NCBI GenBank assembly: GCA_965242525.1
Contig: OZ251459.1
Span: 3,968,001-4,032,000 of the forward strand
Origin: an uncultured Candidatus Binatia bacterium
GTDB taxonomy: Bacteria > Desulfobacterota > Binatia > UBA9968 > JAJDTQ01
Reading direction: 5' to 3'
Length of the DNA: 64,000 nucleotides
Part shown: positions 40,001 through 49,010 of the stretch, in pieces
How the letters are laid out: each line of letters starts with the position of its first letter
Numbering within the stretch: the stretch's first letter is position 1
The notes under the pieces: generated by a model
Databases searched by the model: none
What the model was told of the DNA's origin: nothing
Seen by the model: only the letters and a program-made list of their open reading frames with translations
Made by a program: the position numbers and the translations under genes

Positions 40001-42374
40001 GGACGCGAGCGGCTACAAGGTGCAATGGAAGTCCGGGAGCGAGGAATACGACCCCGCGGAGCGGGAGGCGGAGGTGACCACCGGCACGAGCCACGTCATC
40101 ACCGGCCTGGACACGGGCACGACCTACACGGTGCGGGTCATCTCCACCCACAGTACCGAACCGGACAGCCAGCCCTCATCGGAGGCCACCGGGACGCCAG
40201 AGGACCCGCCCCCTCCGCCTTCCCCGGTTCCCCCGCGGCCCGAGACCCTGATCGATGTAGGCAGCGATGCGGGCGAGACGGAGCATACGGTGAGGGGGCG
40301 CACGGTGACGGTGGTGGTGGAAGAGGGGGTTCCGGCAGGGATCGAGCTGGACCTGGCGAGCCTGCCGGAGCCGGCTACCGAGAACGAGCGTCTGACTCTG
40401 ACCTTCTCGCCGGTGGCCGACCCGCCGGCGGGCCAGGGGGTCAACCTGGGGCCGGCCGCGGCCCGGACGGTGGTGGACGTGTCGGTGCAGGTGGGGACGG
40501 TCCCGTCCGCGGGCGTGCGGCTGTGCCTGCCTGTGCCGCAGGGTCTGCGGGACGCTGCGGGCGGGCGGCGCCTGTTGCTGCTGCATTACGACGGGGAGAC
40601 CTGGTCGGAAGTGGAGGGTTCGAGCGAGTCCGGAGGGAGGGTGTGCGCTTCGGGCATCGCGTCCTTCTCGTTCTTTGCGGTGGGTTACGAGGACACGCGG
40701 CCGGTGTTCCCGTCCGACTTCACCATGACGCGGATGGTGTTCGCGTTGGGGCGGGACGTGCGGGTGGTGTTGCCGGCGGCCTCGGGCGGGGACGGGACGG
40801 AGCACGCGTTGCTGCCGCAGCCGCAGGTGTTGCCTCCGGGGCTGCGGTTCGACCCGGCGTCGCGGACCCTGTCGGGGACGCCCACGGAGGAGTTCCCCCG
40901 GAGGGCCTACCGGTGGACGGCGACGGACCGGGACGGACAGACTGCGGAGTTGGAGTTCACCATCGAGGTGTTGTCGGCGAAGACGCTGTCGCGGGCGCGG
41001 TTGAAGAGGGTCAACGAAGCGATCCTGCCGGAGTTGTCGCGCGCCATGTGGGGCGGGGCCATGGAAGCGGTGGCGAGGCGCGTGGAGGAGATGGCGCAAG
41101 GGGTTGGCGGCGGGACCGTAGGGGAAGGGTTGGACCGGGTGGCGGAGATGCTGGAGGGGCATGAGGAAGCGTCGAGGAAGGGCGAACTGAACTGGAACAG
41201 GATGGTGTCGGGCCGGTGGCTTTCGCTGGGGCTGTCGGAAGGCGGCGGAGGAACGGGCGGAGTCTCGGACCTGGGGTTGTGGGGGAGCGGTGACTACCGG
41301 AGCCTGCTGGTGAAGGGGACGGACGTGGGGGATTGGGAAGGGGAGGTGTACGGCGGGAACGTGGGGATGGACGGGGTCTGGGGGCAGGAGTTGTGGGGAG
41401 GCCGGTTGCTGGGAGGGTTGTCGGGGTCCTGGTACGAGAGCCGGGCGGAGTACGGGGCCGGCGCGGCTCCCGGTCGGCACGAGGGGTGGATGGTGAGCGT
41501 GCAGCCGTACATGGGTTGGTTGTCGGGGGACGGGGGTTGGTCGGTGTGGACGGCGGTGGGCTATGGGGAGGGGGAGGTGCGGATCGTGGACGAGGAACTG
41601 GCGGGGCGGTACGGGGAGCAGAAGAGCGGCAGTCGTCTGGCGGGCGGGGCGCTGGGCGGGAGGATGGGGTTGCTGGAGGTCGGGCGCACGCGAGTGGAGA
41701 TGAAGGGGGAAGGACGGGTCGCGCAACTGAAGGTGGACGACAACGGGGAGTTGATCGCCGGGGTGACGGTGGAGACGTACCGGTTGCGGACCGCGGTGGA
41801 AGGGACCACGCGGTGGGGGGCGCTGGAGTTGCGGAGCGAGTTCGGGGCCAGGTGGGACGGAGGGGACGGACAGACGGGAGCGGGGATCGAGTCGGGGGGC
41901 GCTTTGGCGTATGCGTTCCCGGGGTCGGGCCTCAGGTTGGAGGGCAACTGGCGCGGGTTGGCGTGGCACGGCGGCAAGGTCCATGAGTGGGGAGCCGGGG
42001 GATCGGTGTCGTGGGTGTCCGGGACCGAGGGGCTGGGTTGGCTGCTGAAGGTGGCGCCTTCGTGGGGAGAGACGGGGAGCGGCGTGGGGCGTCTGTGGGA
42101 GGAAAGGTTGGCGGACGCCGGGTCGGACAGGAGCAGGGTTCCCGGAGGTCGCGTGGAGACGGAGATGGGTTACGGGATCGGGCTGTCGGGCCGCGGGGTG
42201 TGGACGCCGTATGCAGGCGCGGGGCTTTGGGGCGACGGAGGCCGGAAGTACCGGGTGGGAAGCCGCCTGAAGGGGAAGGGATCACTGGCGCTGGACCTGG
42301 AGGCCGAACGCAGAGAGCGCCGCACCGCCCGCCCCGAACACGGCGTCAACCTGAACCTGCGCGTCCGGTGGTAG
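37008..42374 (+). CDS. Large FN3-repeat autotransporter-type surface protein/adhesin
   Basis: Signal peptide; one divergent + 10 FN3 repeats (GYKVQWKSG); Pro-rich linker; putative Ig domain (LPPGLRFDPASRTLSGTP); C-terminal beta-barrel ending LNLRVRW. Confidence 0.9.
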   Translation: MRSRRIVSLLALTVFAAAAFAAVPRDAEATCSEASHTISNLQVTSKTQTSISYSWSRPACATGNARYRVAQPRPGGHDFLTRTPASSAATLTYTRTGLSPGTSYSTTVRLENSSIDRTGWATTVTTTTNAPPPGAPSGVTVTPGVQSLVVSWTAGTNANGYKVQWKSGSQAYDTSTRQATSTSTSYTISSLTGGTEYTVRVISTRTGASDSAASSEETGTPQYPAAAVPSGVTVTPALSSLVVSWTASANASGYKVQWKSGSQVYNTGDRQATVTTGTSYTITGLTAGVSYDVQVIATRSNAPDSAASTETSGIAQYPAAGVPGSVTVAPAVQSLTVSWTAATNADGYKVQWKSGAQAYDAATRQATATGTSHTITGLTGGTEYTVRVIATRTNAPDGTASSEATGTPQYPAAGVPGSVTVAPAVQSLTVSWTAGANANGYKVQWKSGAQAYDAATRQATTTGTSYTITGLTAGTSYDVRVIATRTNAPDGTASSEETGTPQHPAAGVPSGVTVTPAVGSLVVSWTAAANANGYKVQWKSGIEAYNTGDRQATSTSTSHTISSLTAGTEYTVRVIATRTNAPDSAASSERTGTAQYAAAGVPSGVTVTPAVESLTVSWTAATNANGYKVQWKSGSEAYNTSSRQATVTSGTSYTITGLTGGTSYDVRVISTRTNAPDSAASSDTSGTAQSPPPGAPGGVTVTPAVASLIVSWNAVTGANGYKVQWKSGSQMYDASARQGTTTGTSHTITGLTAGTEYDVQVIATHTNAPDSAASGEVSETPQQPAAGAPSGVTATPAVESLAVSWTAGTNANGYKVQWKSGSQGYDAATRQATVSSGTSYTITSLTGGTEYTIRVISTRTNAPDSAASSEETGIPQQPPPGVPSNVRAAPAGLTSLTVSWDAVTGASGYKVQWKSGAQVYDTSARQETATGTSHVITGLTQGTEYTVRVITTNTNAPDSAASAEATGTPTLPPPAQVTVAPAADSPTDSLAVSWSAVADASGYKVQWKSGSEEYDPAEREAEVTTGTSHVITGLDTGTTYTVRVISTHSTEPDSQPSSEATGTPEDPPPPPSPVPPRPETLIDVGSDAGETEHTVRGRTVTVVVEEGVPAGIELDLASLPEPATENERLTLTFSPVADPPAGQGVNLGPAAARTVVDVSVQVGTVPSAGVRLCLPVPQGLRDAAGGRRLLLLHYDGETWSEVEGSSESGGRVCASGIASFSFFAVGYEDTRPVFPSDFTMTRMVFALGRDVRVVLPAASGGDGTEHALLPQPQVLPPGLRFDPASRTLSGTPTEEFPRRAYRWTATDRDGQTAELEFTIEVLSAKTLSRARLKRVNEAILPELSRAMWGGAMEAVARRVEEMAQGVGGGTVGEGLDRVAEMLEGHEEASRKGELNWNRMVSGRWLSLGLSEGGGGTGGVSDLGLWGSGDYRSLLVKGTDVGDWEGEVYGGNVGMDGVWGQELWGGRLLGGLSGSWYESRAEYGAGAAPGRHEGWMVSVQPYMGWLSGDGGWSVWTAVGYGEGEVRIVDEELAGRYGEQKSGSRLAGGALGGRMGLLEVGRTRVEMKGEGRVAQLKVDDNGELIAGVTVETYRLRTAVEGTTRWGALELRSEFGARWDGGDGQTGAGIESGGALAYAFPGSGLRLEGNWRGLAWHGGKVHEWGAGGSVSWVSGTEGLGWLLKVAPSWGETGSGVGRLWEERLADAGSDRSRVPGGRVETEMGYGIGLSGRGVWTPYAGAGLWGDGGRKYRVGSRLKGKGSLALDLEAERRERRTARPEHGVNLNLRVRW
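37400..40200 (+). repeat. Ten tandem ~280-bp FN3-coding repeats
   Basis: TACAAGGTGCAGTGGAAGTCCGGG (one CAA variant) recurring about every 279-285 bp. Confidence 0.93.
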
Positions 42375-42460
42375 GCCTTGCTTTTCGGACGCCGGGACGT
42401 AACATGGAGTAGCGGCCCCGAACCGCCCACATTCCGTGCCGATACGGACGATTGGGAACG

Positions 42461-42724
42461 ATGTACATCTACGCAGTCATCCTGACCGAACCCGACGTGG
42501 CCGCCTGGGAACGCGTGCGGGAGAGTTGGCCGGGGGAGCACCTCATCCTGACGGACCGGATTGCCTTCGTCCGGGAGCAAGCCGTCACGACGACCCATGA
42601 CGTGGCCGACAAAGTCGGAATGAACCGGGAAGGGAACGTAAACGGTTTCGTGCTCGATACGGCCTACATTGCCGGGTGGACCAGTTCCCGATTGTCGGAA
42701 TGGATGGATAAGATCAGTGGCTGA
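42461..42724 (+). CDS. Small hypothetical protein (87 aa)
   Basis: Protein-like alpha/beta pattern, ends LSEWMDKISG; overlaps next gene start. Confidence 0.65.
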   Translation: MYIYAVILTEPDVAAWERVRESWPGEHLILTDRIAFVREQAVTTTHDVADKVGMNREGNVNGFVLDTAYIAGWTSSRLSEWMDKISG

Positions 42725-43115
42725 AATCGCGGGCATTGGCCGAGCGAGGGGTCTCGTGCGTCCCGGCAACGGGAATGGAGGCGGTCACGAGATCCACGAA
42801 CGGCTCGCACGAATCGAGATACGGATGGAATCCGTGGCGTCCCGCGAGGACGTGGCTGCAATCAAGGCACGGATGGAATCCATGGCGTTCCGCGAGGATG
42901 TGGCCGAAATCAAGGCACGGATGGAATCCATGGCGTCCCGCGAGGACGTGGCCGCAATCAGGACACAGATGGAATCCATGGCGTCCCGCGAGGACGTGGC
43001 CGCAATCAGGACGCTCATCGAGGAAAAGGAAACCAGGACGCTGCGATGGTTGATCGGTGTAACCGTTGCAGCATCGATCAGTCTGCTTGCGACGCTGCTT
43101 CGCACGCTTCTCTAG
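42717..43115 (+). CDS. Coiled-coil repeat protein with C-terminal membrane anchor
   Basis: Four 16-aa repeats MESMASREDVAAIKAR; hydrophobic tail WLIGVTVAASISLLATLL. Confidence 0.75.
   Translation: MAEIAGIGRARGLVRPGNGNGGGHEIHERLARIEIRMESVASREDVAAIKARMESMAFREDVAEIKARMESMASREDVAAIRTQMESMASREDVAAIRTLIEEKETRTLRWLIGVTVAASISLLATLLRTLL
42821..43012 (+). repeat. 4 x 48-bp in-frame tandem repeat
   Basis: ACGGATGGAATCCATGGCGTCCCGCGAGGACGTGGCCGCAATCAAGGC-like units, no spacers. Confidence 0.92.
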
Positions 43116-43239
43116 CCCGAAGTTCCCCGGACCGGCTGCGCCATCGGCCCACGGACTTCCCGGTCCGGTCCCGCGGCGGCTCCGTGCATCCCCTGCTCTT
43201 GGACATTGACGCGGGCCTGTGTTACAAAAGTCAGCCTGT

Positions 43240-43315
<76 letters not shown>

Positions 43316-43353
43316 CTGAATCGACCGTTGACTCTTGCGGCTGGTTGCCGGAC

Positions 43354-43395
43354 ACGAGACCCCGAGGGGCCAACCCGTCGGGGTCTCGTCGTTTG
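43354..43395 (+). terminator. Hairpin downstream of tRNA, probable terminator
   Basis: ACGAGACCCCGA ... TCGGGGTCTCGT followed by CGTTT (short U tract). Confidence 0.55.
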
Positions 43396-43417
43396 CGGCG
43401 GGACCGGAGGTTCGAGC

Positions 43418-44431
43418 ATGCGTTTCGGCATCGCGTTCGGGAGCTATCCGTCGGACCTGGACCCCGTGGAGGTCTGCCGCGACTTCACCCGGAGGGCGCA
43501 GGTTGCCCACGACAGCAACTACGAAGCCCTCTTCGTCGCCCAGCACTACGCCACCGGACCCGACGCGGCCATGCTCCAGTCCCTGCCGCTGCTGTCCTAT
43601 TTCGCCGGCGTGGCCCCCGGCATGTACCTGGGCACAGCCGTTTTCCTGCTGCCCATGCACCAGCCCCTGATGGTGGCGGAGTACGCCTCCACGCTCGACA
43701 ACCTGTGCAACGGCAAGTTCCTGTTCGGCGTCGGCCAAGGCTACCGCGACCTGGAGTTCGATTCCCTGGGCGTGTCCCGACGCGAGCGGCGCCAGCGGCT
43801 GGTGGAAGGCATCGAGGTGGTCAAGCGGCTGTGGACCGAGGACGATGTGCGCCACCACGGGCGGTTCTACCGCATGGACGGCGTCACCATCGAGCCGAAA
43901 CCGATCCGGAAGCCCCGGCCGCCCATCCTGCTGGGGGCCGACACCGTGCCCACGGTGGCCCGGGCGCCGGAAATAGCGGACCACTGGATCGCCAGCCGCC
44001 GCCACACCAAGGGGTTCCTGCGGGAAGCGCTGCCGGCCTACAAGCGCGCCCTGGACGAGCACGGGAGGCCCTTCGAGGGCCTGTACATCTTTCGCGACCT
44101 GTGCGTGGCCGACAGCCGAGAGGAAGCCGAAAAGCGCGTCCGCGAGGGCTACGAGCGGCGTTACCGGCGGTACCAGAGCTGGGGCCAGCCGGGCGAGCGT
44201 TACGACCTGCCGTTCGAGCAGTTGCAGCAGGACCGCCTGGTGCTCGGCAGCCCCGCGGAAGTCACCGAGCAGGTGATGGCCTACCACGAGGAGTTCGGCG
44301 CCGAGTTCATGTGGTTCATGGTGGACTGGCCCGGCGTGGACCCGGGCATCACCCTGGAGACCATCCAGCGCTTCGGCGAAGAGGTCATCCCGGAGTTGAA
44401 GCGGCTCACCCCGGAGTGCCCGCTGCCCTAG
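43418..44431 (+). CDS. Luciferase-like (LLM class) flavin-dependent oxidoreductase
   Basis: QHY, LLPMHQPL.VAE..STLD, FGVGQGYR..EF, PKP..KPRPPI, RFGEEVIP. Confidence 0.92.
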   Translation: MRFGIAFGSYPSDLDPVEVCRDFTRRAQVAHDSNYEALFVAQHYATGPDAAMLQSLPLLSYFAGVAPGMYLGTAVFLLPMHQPLMVAEYASTLDNLCNGKFLFGVGQGYRDLEFDSLGVSRRERRQRLVEGIEVVKRLWTEDDVRHHGRFYRMDGVTIEPKPIRKPRPPILLGADTVPTVARAPEIADHWIASRRHTKGFLREALPAYKRALDEHGRPFEGLYIFRDLCVADSREEAEKRVREGYERRYRRYQSWGQPGERYDLPFEQLQQDRLVLGSPAEVTEQVMAYHEEFGAEFMWFMVDWPGVDPGITLETIQRFGEEVIPELKRLTPECPLP

Positions 44432-44501
44432 CCGCGGGTCCGAGGGGGTAGGGACCGGCGGCGCCCGCGGGCAGGGCGGGCCTTGCGGAACGGAGGAGAG
44501 C

Positions 44502-45398
44502 ATGAAGACGCCGTCGTCGCTGATTACGTTGGGCACCGCGGGCGGGCCGTCGTTGACCCCGCGCCGGGCCCAGTCGTCCAACCTCCTGACCGTCAACGGG
44601 ACCTGTTACCTGGTGGACGCCGGCGACGGCGTGGCGCGGCGCATGGCCAGGGCCGGCGCGGACGTGCGCCGGGTCGGGACCATATTCCTCACCCACCACC
44701 ACGACGACCACACCGCCGGCCTCGGCACGCTCATGTCCCTGGCCTGGGACCGCCAGCGCACGGAGCCCATCCACGTCTATGGCCCGCCCCGCACCGCCGA
44801 GCTGGTGGAGGCCGCGGTCCGGTACGGCAGCTTCAGCGCCGACATACGGATCGCCGACGGCGGCCGGAGCGTGCCCCTGGACGAGGTCTTCTTCGGCCAC
44901 GACGCGGGCGTGGGCGAGGTCTATGGGGACGACAACGTGCGGGTGACCGCGGTGGAGAACACCCACTTCAGCTTCCACCGGGGCGGCGACGCCGGGCGCT
45001 ACAAGTCCTACTCCTACCGCTTCGAGACCCCAGACCGGGTGGTCGTGTTCACCGGCGACACGGGACCCAGCGCCGCGGTCGCCGCGCTGGCCAGGGGGGC
45101 GGACCTGCTGGTCACCGAGACCTCCTCGTGCGACGAACGCCGGGAGGCGATGACGAAGGACGGCCGCTGGCAGGCCATGACTCCCGCGGAGCGGGAAGGC
45201 ATCATGCGGCAGGCCACCCAGGGGCACATGAACCTGGAGCTCATCGGCCAGCTCGCCGCCCAGGCCGGGGTCAAGACGGTGGTGATGTCCCACCTCACCC
45301 GGCGCGTGGACGACCGCGGCTACGAGCCCTGGGCCGAAGAGGTGAGGAAGCACTTCTCCGGCCAGGTGTTCATCGCCGAGGACCTGATGGAGTTTTGA
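44502..45398 (+). CDS. MBL-fold metallo-hydrolase (RNase Z/AtsA-like)
   Basis: TLGTAGGP, LVDAGDG, THHHDDH, FTGDT, SHL. Confidence 0.9.
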   Translation: MKTPSSLITLGTAGGPSLTPRRAQSSNLLTVNGTCYLVDAGDGVARRMARAGADVRRVGTIFLTHHHDDHTAGLGTLMSLAWDRQRTEPIHVYGPPRTAELVEAAVRYGSFSADIRIADGGRSVPLDEVFFGHDAGVGEVYGDDNVRVTAVENTHFSFHRGGDAGRYKSYSYRFETPDRVVVFTGDTGPSAAVAALARGADLLVTETSSCDERREAMTKDGRWQAMTPAEREGIMRQATQGHMNLELIGQLAAQAGVKTVVMSHLTRRVDDRGYEPWAEEVRKHFSGQVFIAEDLMEF

Positions 45399-45419
45399 GT
45401 TTCGGGGCTCTGCAGGAAT

Positions 45420-45516
45420 CCCACTTCGTCATTCCCGCGAAAGCGGGAATCCATCCATTTTGTACAACGAGGTCGAGAAAAGTGGATTCCCGCTTTCGCG
45501 GGAATGACGAAGTGGG
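45420..45516. repeat. Family B long inverted repeat between convergent genes
   Basis: CCCACTTCGTCATTCCCGCGAAAGCGGGAATCCA ... TGGATTCCCGCTTTCGCGGGAATGACGAAGTGGG. Confidence 0.9.
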
Positions 45517-45637
45517 CGTCTGCGGAGCAATGACGGCGTGGTTCCTGTCGCTCCCCTTCCCCTCCTGCCTTGTCCACACGAAAGCCGGAAGCGCCGGTTT
45601 CGGGAAGACCGGGCGGGCCGGATGTCCCGCGTGGGCG

Positions 45638-46708
45638 CTATCCTCCGAGCCCGTAGAAGGCCCGCGAGTTGGCGTCCAGGATCTTGTCCGCTTGGCGGCT
45701 GCTGATTCTGCCTTCGTCCGCCCAGTTGCGCACCTCGTTGAGCCCGCTCAGGTTGGCCGAGATGTCGGTGTGGCTGTAGTCGGTGCCGATCATCAGGTTG
45801 TCCTCGGTCCCGAACTTCAGGATCGACTCGATGTCGTCGATGGGGTCGAGGGTGATGAAGGTCCGGTTCTCCCGGAACATCTCCGGCTCCAGGTCGAACA
45901 GGTGGGGCAGCCGGGTCTGCTTGCCTCGCAGCAGCGCGCGTTTCTGCGCCCCCAGTTGCGACATGACGTAGGGGATCCAGGACGCCCCGGACTCGATGAA
46001 ACCGAACCGGAGCTTGGGGAACCGTTTGGGCACGTCGGAGCTCACCAGTTCGGCGAAGGAGTACATGATCGGGAAGCCCCGGTCCCATTCGCGCCCCGGC
46101 AGCGGATGGCCGGTGTGGATGCACAGGGGCATGTCCAGGCTGCCGGCCTCTTCATAGACCGGGAAGAAGTGCGGGTCCGTGACCTTCCGGTTCAGGTCGA
46201 AGCCCCGCTTGAATATGCCGCAGGCGCCGTGCTCCCTGGCCCAGCGCAGCTCCTCCACGGCCGTCTCGGGCCGCAGCCACGGCAACACCGCGGCCCACTG
46301 CAACCGCCCGCGGGTGGGCTCGCACTTCTCGGCCAGCCAGCGGTTGTAGGTGGTGGCCAGCGCCCATTCCGCTTCCGCGTTGACGGTGTTGTGGCGGATG
46401 AAGAAGGTGGGGAATATGACCTGGACGTCCACCCCCATCTCGTCCATGTGGGCGAGACGGCCCTCCACGTCCTCCAGCTCCCGCCGCACCCGGAGGGGGT
46501 GGTTGACCTCGTCCCGGACCGCGCGGTTCTGGAGCCTGCCTTCCACCACCCAACTGCGGCGGGTGGTGCTGTTGAAGCCGGCGCGCTCGGCCTCTTCCGG
46601 CGACATGTGGACCGTCACCGGTATGTACTTGGCGTAAGGGGTGCCTTCCAGCTTGGTCCAGGTGGACTCGGACTCGTCCACGTGGGTGTCGGCATCGATC
46701 ACGGGCAT
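45638..46708 (-). CDS. Amidohydrolase_2 family protein
   Basis: IDADTHV, MDEMGVDVQVIFPT, YNRWL, IHTG, FIESGASW, GTDYSH. Confidence 0.9.
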   Translation of the reverse strand: MPVIDADTHVDESESTWTKLEGTPYAKYIPVTVHMSPEEAERAGFNSTTRRSWVVEGRLQNRAVRDEVNHPLRVRRELEDVEGRLAHMDEMGVDVQVIFPTFFIRHNTVNAEAEWALATTYNRWLAEKCEPTRGRLQWAAVLPWLRPETAVEELRWAREHGACGIFKRGFDLNRKVTDPHFFPVYEEAGSLDMPLCIHTGHPLPGREWDRGFPIMYSFAELVSSDVPKRFPKLRFGFIESGASWIPYVMSQLGAQKRALLRGKQTRLPHLFDLEPEMFRENRTFITLDPIDDIESILKFGTEDNLMIGTDYSHTDISANLSGLNEVRNWADEGRISSRQADKILDANSRAFYGLGG

Positions 46709-46739
46709 GGCAAAACCTCCCTGGGTGCTATGTAACCAA

Positions 46740-46870
46740 GGAACCTCTGAACGATCGAGACGTCCGGGATGGATTCCCGATTTCCTCACCCTGACGCCCC
46801 TGGCCCCGTTCATCCTGAGCGTAGCGAAGCGAAGTCGAAGGACGCTCTCTCCCGATTGTCCAGAGGTTCC
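46740..46870. mobile_element. MITE, long form
   Basis: GGAACCTCTGAACGATC ... GATTGTCCAGAGGTTCC; flanks CCAA/CTAA. Confidence 0.85.
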
Positions 46871-46877
46871 CTAAGTA

Positions 46878-48089
46878 CTAAGTAGTCTCCTCGATCCCCG
46901 CCCGGGTCTCCGCCACCACCATATCGACCACGGCGCACAGCGCCTCCGCGTCCGTGTCCCCCTCCAGGCGGCGGAGACGGAACAGGTCGATCTGGCGGTC
47001 TGCGCTGGCGCCGTTGCGGATGATGGAGAGGGCGTGCCGCAACTCCTCCTCGCAGCCGAGGGCGCGGGCGTCGTCGGCCAATTCCTCGACGAGCCCCGCG
47101 GCGTAGTCCTCGATGTCCATGCGCCCGCCTCCGCTCCCGCGGGTGTCGCCGAGGAAGCCGAGCACGCCGTAGCGCTGGGCGAGCCAGCGGTTCTCCGCGA
47201 TGATCTCGGTGGCCGGCTCGGGCGGCAGCGCGCCTTCCCGGTCCAGCCGCAGGAGCCGCCGGATGAGGGAGGCGTAGATGGCGGCGATGCACACCGCGTC
47301 CTCGATGCGCGTGCAGATGTCGCAGATCCGCATCTCCACCGTGGGATAGGCGTGGGAAGGGCGGATGTCCCACCACAGCTCGCTGCCGTCCTTGAGGAAC
47401 TCCATGCGCCGGTAGTCGGCCAGGAGCTGGTCGTATTCCGCCCGGGACCACAGCGGCCCCGGCACGCTGGTGCGCGGCAGGCCGCCGATGAGGTTCAGGC
47501 GGTAGGACTTGAACCCGGTCTCGTGGCCGGCGTTGAACGGCGACGAGGTGGAAAGCGCGTGGAGCAGCGGAAGGTAGCGCCGCATCGCGGTCATGACCCG
47601 GATGCGCGAATCCGGGTCGCCGAAGCCGGCATGGATGTGCATCCCGCCGATGAGGAACTGGCGCACGGCCTCCTGGAATATGACCGCGAAGCGCTGGTAG
47701 CGCTCCTTGGGGGTGACCATCTGCGCCCGCCACGCGGCGAAGGGATGGGTGGAGGCGGCCATGAGCGCGGCCCCGTATTTCTCGGCCGCGCCCACCACCA
47801 GCCGGCGGGTCTCCCGCAGGGCGTCGCCCACGTCCGCCACCGACTTGCAGATCCGGGTGTTGGTCTCGATCTGGGTGCGGAGGAGCTCCCGGACCACCTT
47901 GTGGGGTCCGCCGTCGTTCTCGCAGGTCTCGAAGATGCCCAGGTCCGGGTCGGCCACCAGGTCCCGGGACTCGGGATCCACGAGGAAGAACTCCTCTTCG
48001 ACCCCGAGGGTGATGTCGAGGCCGTGGTCGTCTTCCTGCTCCGCGCGGTCGCCCGCGCCCGTGATCTTGCGCAGATTCCTGAAGGCCAT
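46878..48089 (-). CDS. Carboxylate-amine ligase, YbdK/GCS2 family
   Basis: TLGVEEEFFLVD, QIETNT, AASTHPF, GMHIHAG, WWDIRP, TVEMRICD, ENRWLAQRYG. Confidence 0.92.
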   Translation of the reverse strand: MAFRNLRKITGAGDRAEQEDDHGLDITLGVEEEFFLVDPESRDLVADPDLGIFETCENDGGPHKVVRELLRTQIETNTRICKSVADVGDALRETRRLVVGAAEKYGAALMAASTHPFAAWRAQMVTPKERYQRFAVIFQEAVRQFLIGGMHIHAGFGDPDSRIRVMTAMRRYLPLLHALSTSSPFNAGHETGFKSYRLNLIGGLPRTSVPGPLWSRAEYDQLLADYRRMEFLKDGSELWWDIRPSHAYPTVEMRICDICTRIEDAVCIAAIYASLIRRLLRLDREGALPPEPATEIIAENRWLAQRYGVLGFLGDTRGSGGGRMDIEDYAAGLVEELADDARALGCEEELRHALSIIRNGASADRQIDLFRLRRLEGDTDAEALCAVVDMVVAETRAGIEETT

Positions 48090-48256
48090 GTCCCGCCTCG
48101 TCCAGCGCGGTCCCGGGCCCCCGGGACCGCGGTTCGCAGTATTGCACGGGCCGCGGGGGGAGGCAAGCGCCGGTTGCGCCCGCCGGGCCCACGTTGTATA
48201 AGGGGCGGTTCGCCAAAGCGAGGTTCGTGCTCATCGGACGAGACCGCCACGAAAGC

Positions 48257-48973
48257 ATGATCACTCCCAACCAGGCCATCCCTCCCCTTCTCGCCCTCGC
48301 CCTCACCATGACCCTGTTCCAGGCGAACGGGGAGGCCTGCACGGACCACGGAAGCGCGGGCGCCGAATCCGCCTGCCGCGACCGCGTTCGCGCGCGCGCC
48401 CCCGGCGACGGCATGGTCCGCATCCTGCGCACCGCCTGCGAGGACGGCGCGGTGGCGCGCTGGAACGCGGTCGATCGCGAAGCGGTGACGTTCAAGGTCA
48501 ACAACTGGGTCGGCGTGCCCCGCGAGCTGGCCCGGGCGGTCCGCCGGGGCGTGCTGCAATGGAACCGGGTGCAGCCGTTCTACGCCATGCGCGAGACCGC
48601 GGACGAAGCCGCGGACATCACCATCGAGGTGTTCGACGACGTGTTCCCGGGGGTCGTCGGCGCCACCAAGGTCAAATGCCGCAACGGCCAGGAAGGCATC
48701 CGCAAGGCCTACGTCTATCTCGGGGTCCGGGGCGCGGGCGCGGTGGAGGTGCGGAACATGACGGCCCACGAGATCGGGCACGCCATGGGCCTCGGCCATT
48801 CGGACCGGAGCCATGACCTCATGGACGCGGGACTGGCGGAGAAGGACATGGCCGAACGCGCCATCTGCCCCAGCAACCTGAACCTCGCGGGGTTGATCGC
48901 CGGGACCCATTCCTACGCCATCCCAGAAGAGGAGTGGGCCGAGGTGGACTGCGCCGGACGGGTTCCCGGATGA
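48257..48973 (+). CDS. Secreted matrixin (M10-like) zinc metalloprotease
   Basis: Signal peptide; HEIGHAMGLGHS with Met-turn (DLM). Confidence 0.8.
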   Translation: MITPNQAIPPLLALALTMTLFQANGEACTDHGSAGAESACRDRVRARAPGDGMVRILRTACEDGAVARWNAVDREAVTFKVNNWVGVPRELARAVRRGVLQWNRVQPFYAMRETADEAADITIEVFDDVFPGVVGATKVKCRNGQEGIRKAYVYLGVRGAGAVEVRNMTAHEIGHAMGLGHSDRSHDLMDAGLAEKDMAERAICPSNLNLAGLIAGTHSYAIPEEEWAEVDCAGRVPG

Positions 48974-49010
48974 GGCGGGGGAAGGGGACGGCAGGGGCGG
49001 CGGTGGCGCC

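Noticed and set aside
37400-40200. Regularly spaced conserved 24-mers as CRISPR or a diversity-generating retroelement
   Set aside because: They are the conserved cores of ~280-bp FN3 coding repeats; no reverse transcriptase or adenine-specific TR/VR pair was seen.
42821-43012. 48-bp repeats as a CRISPR array
   Set aside because: Units are contiguous with no unique spacers, are in frame within a CDS, and no cas genes are present.
43206-43235. Sigma70 promoter for tRNA-Asn
   Set aside because: TTGACG is present but there is no convincing -10 at 16-18 nt spacing, so it was not annotated.
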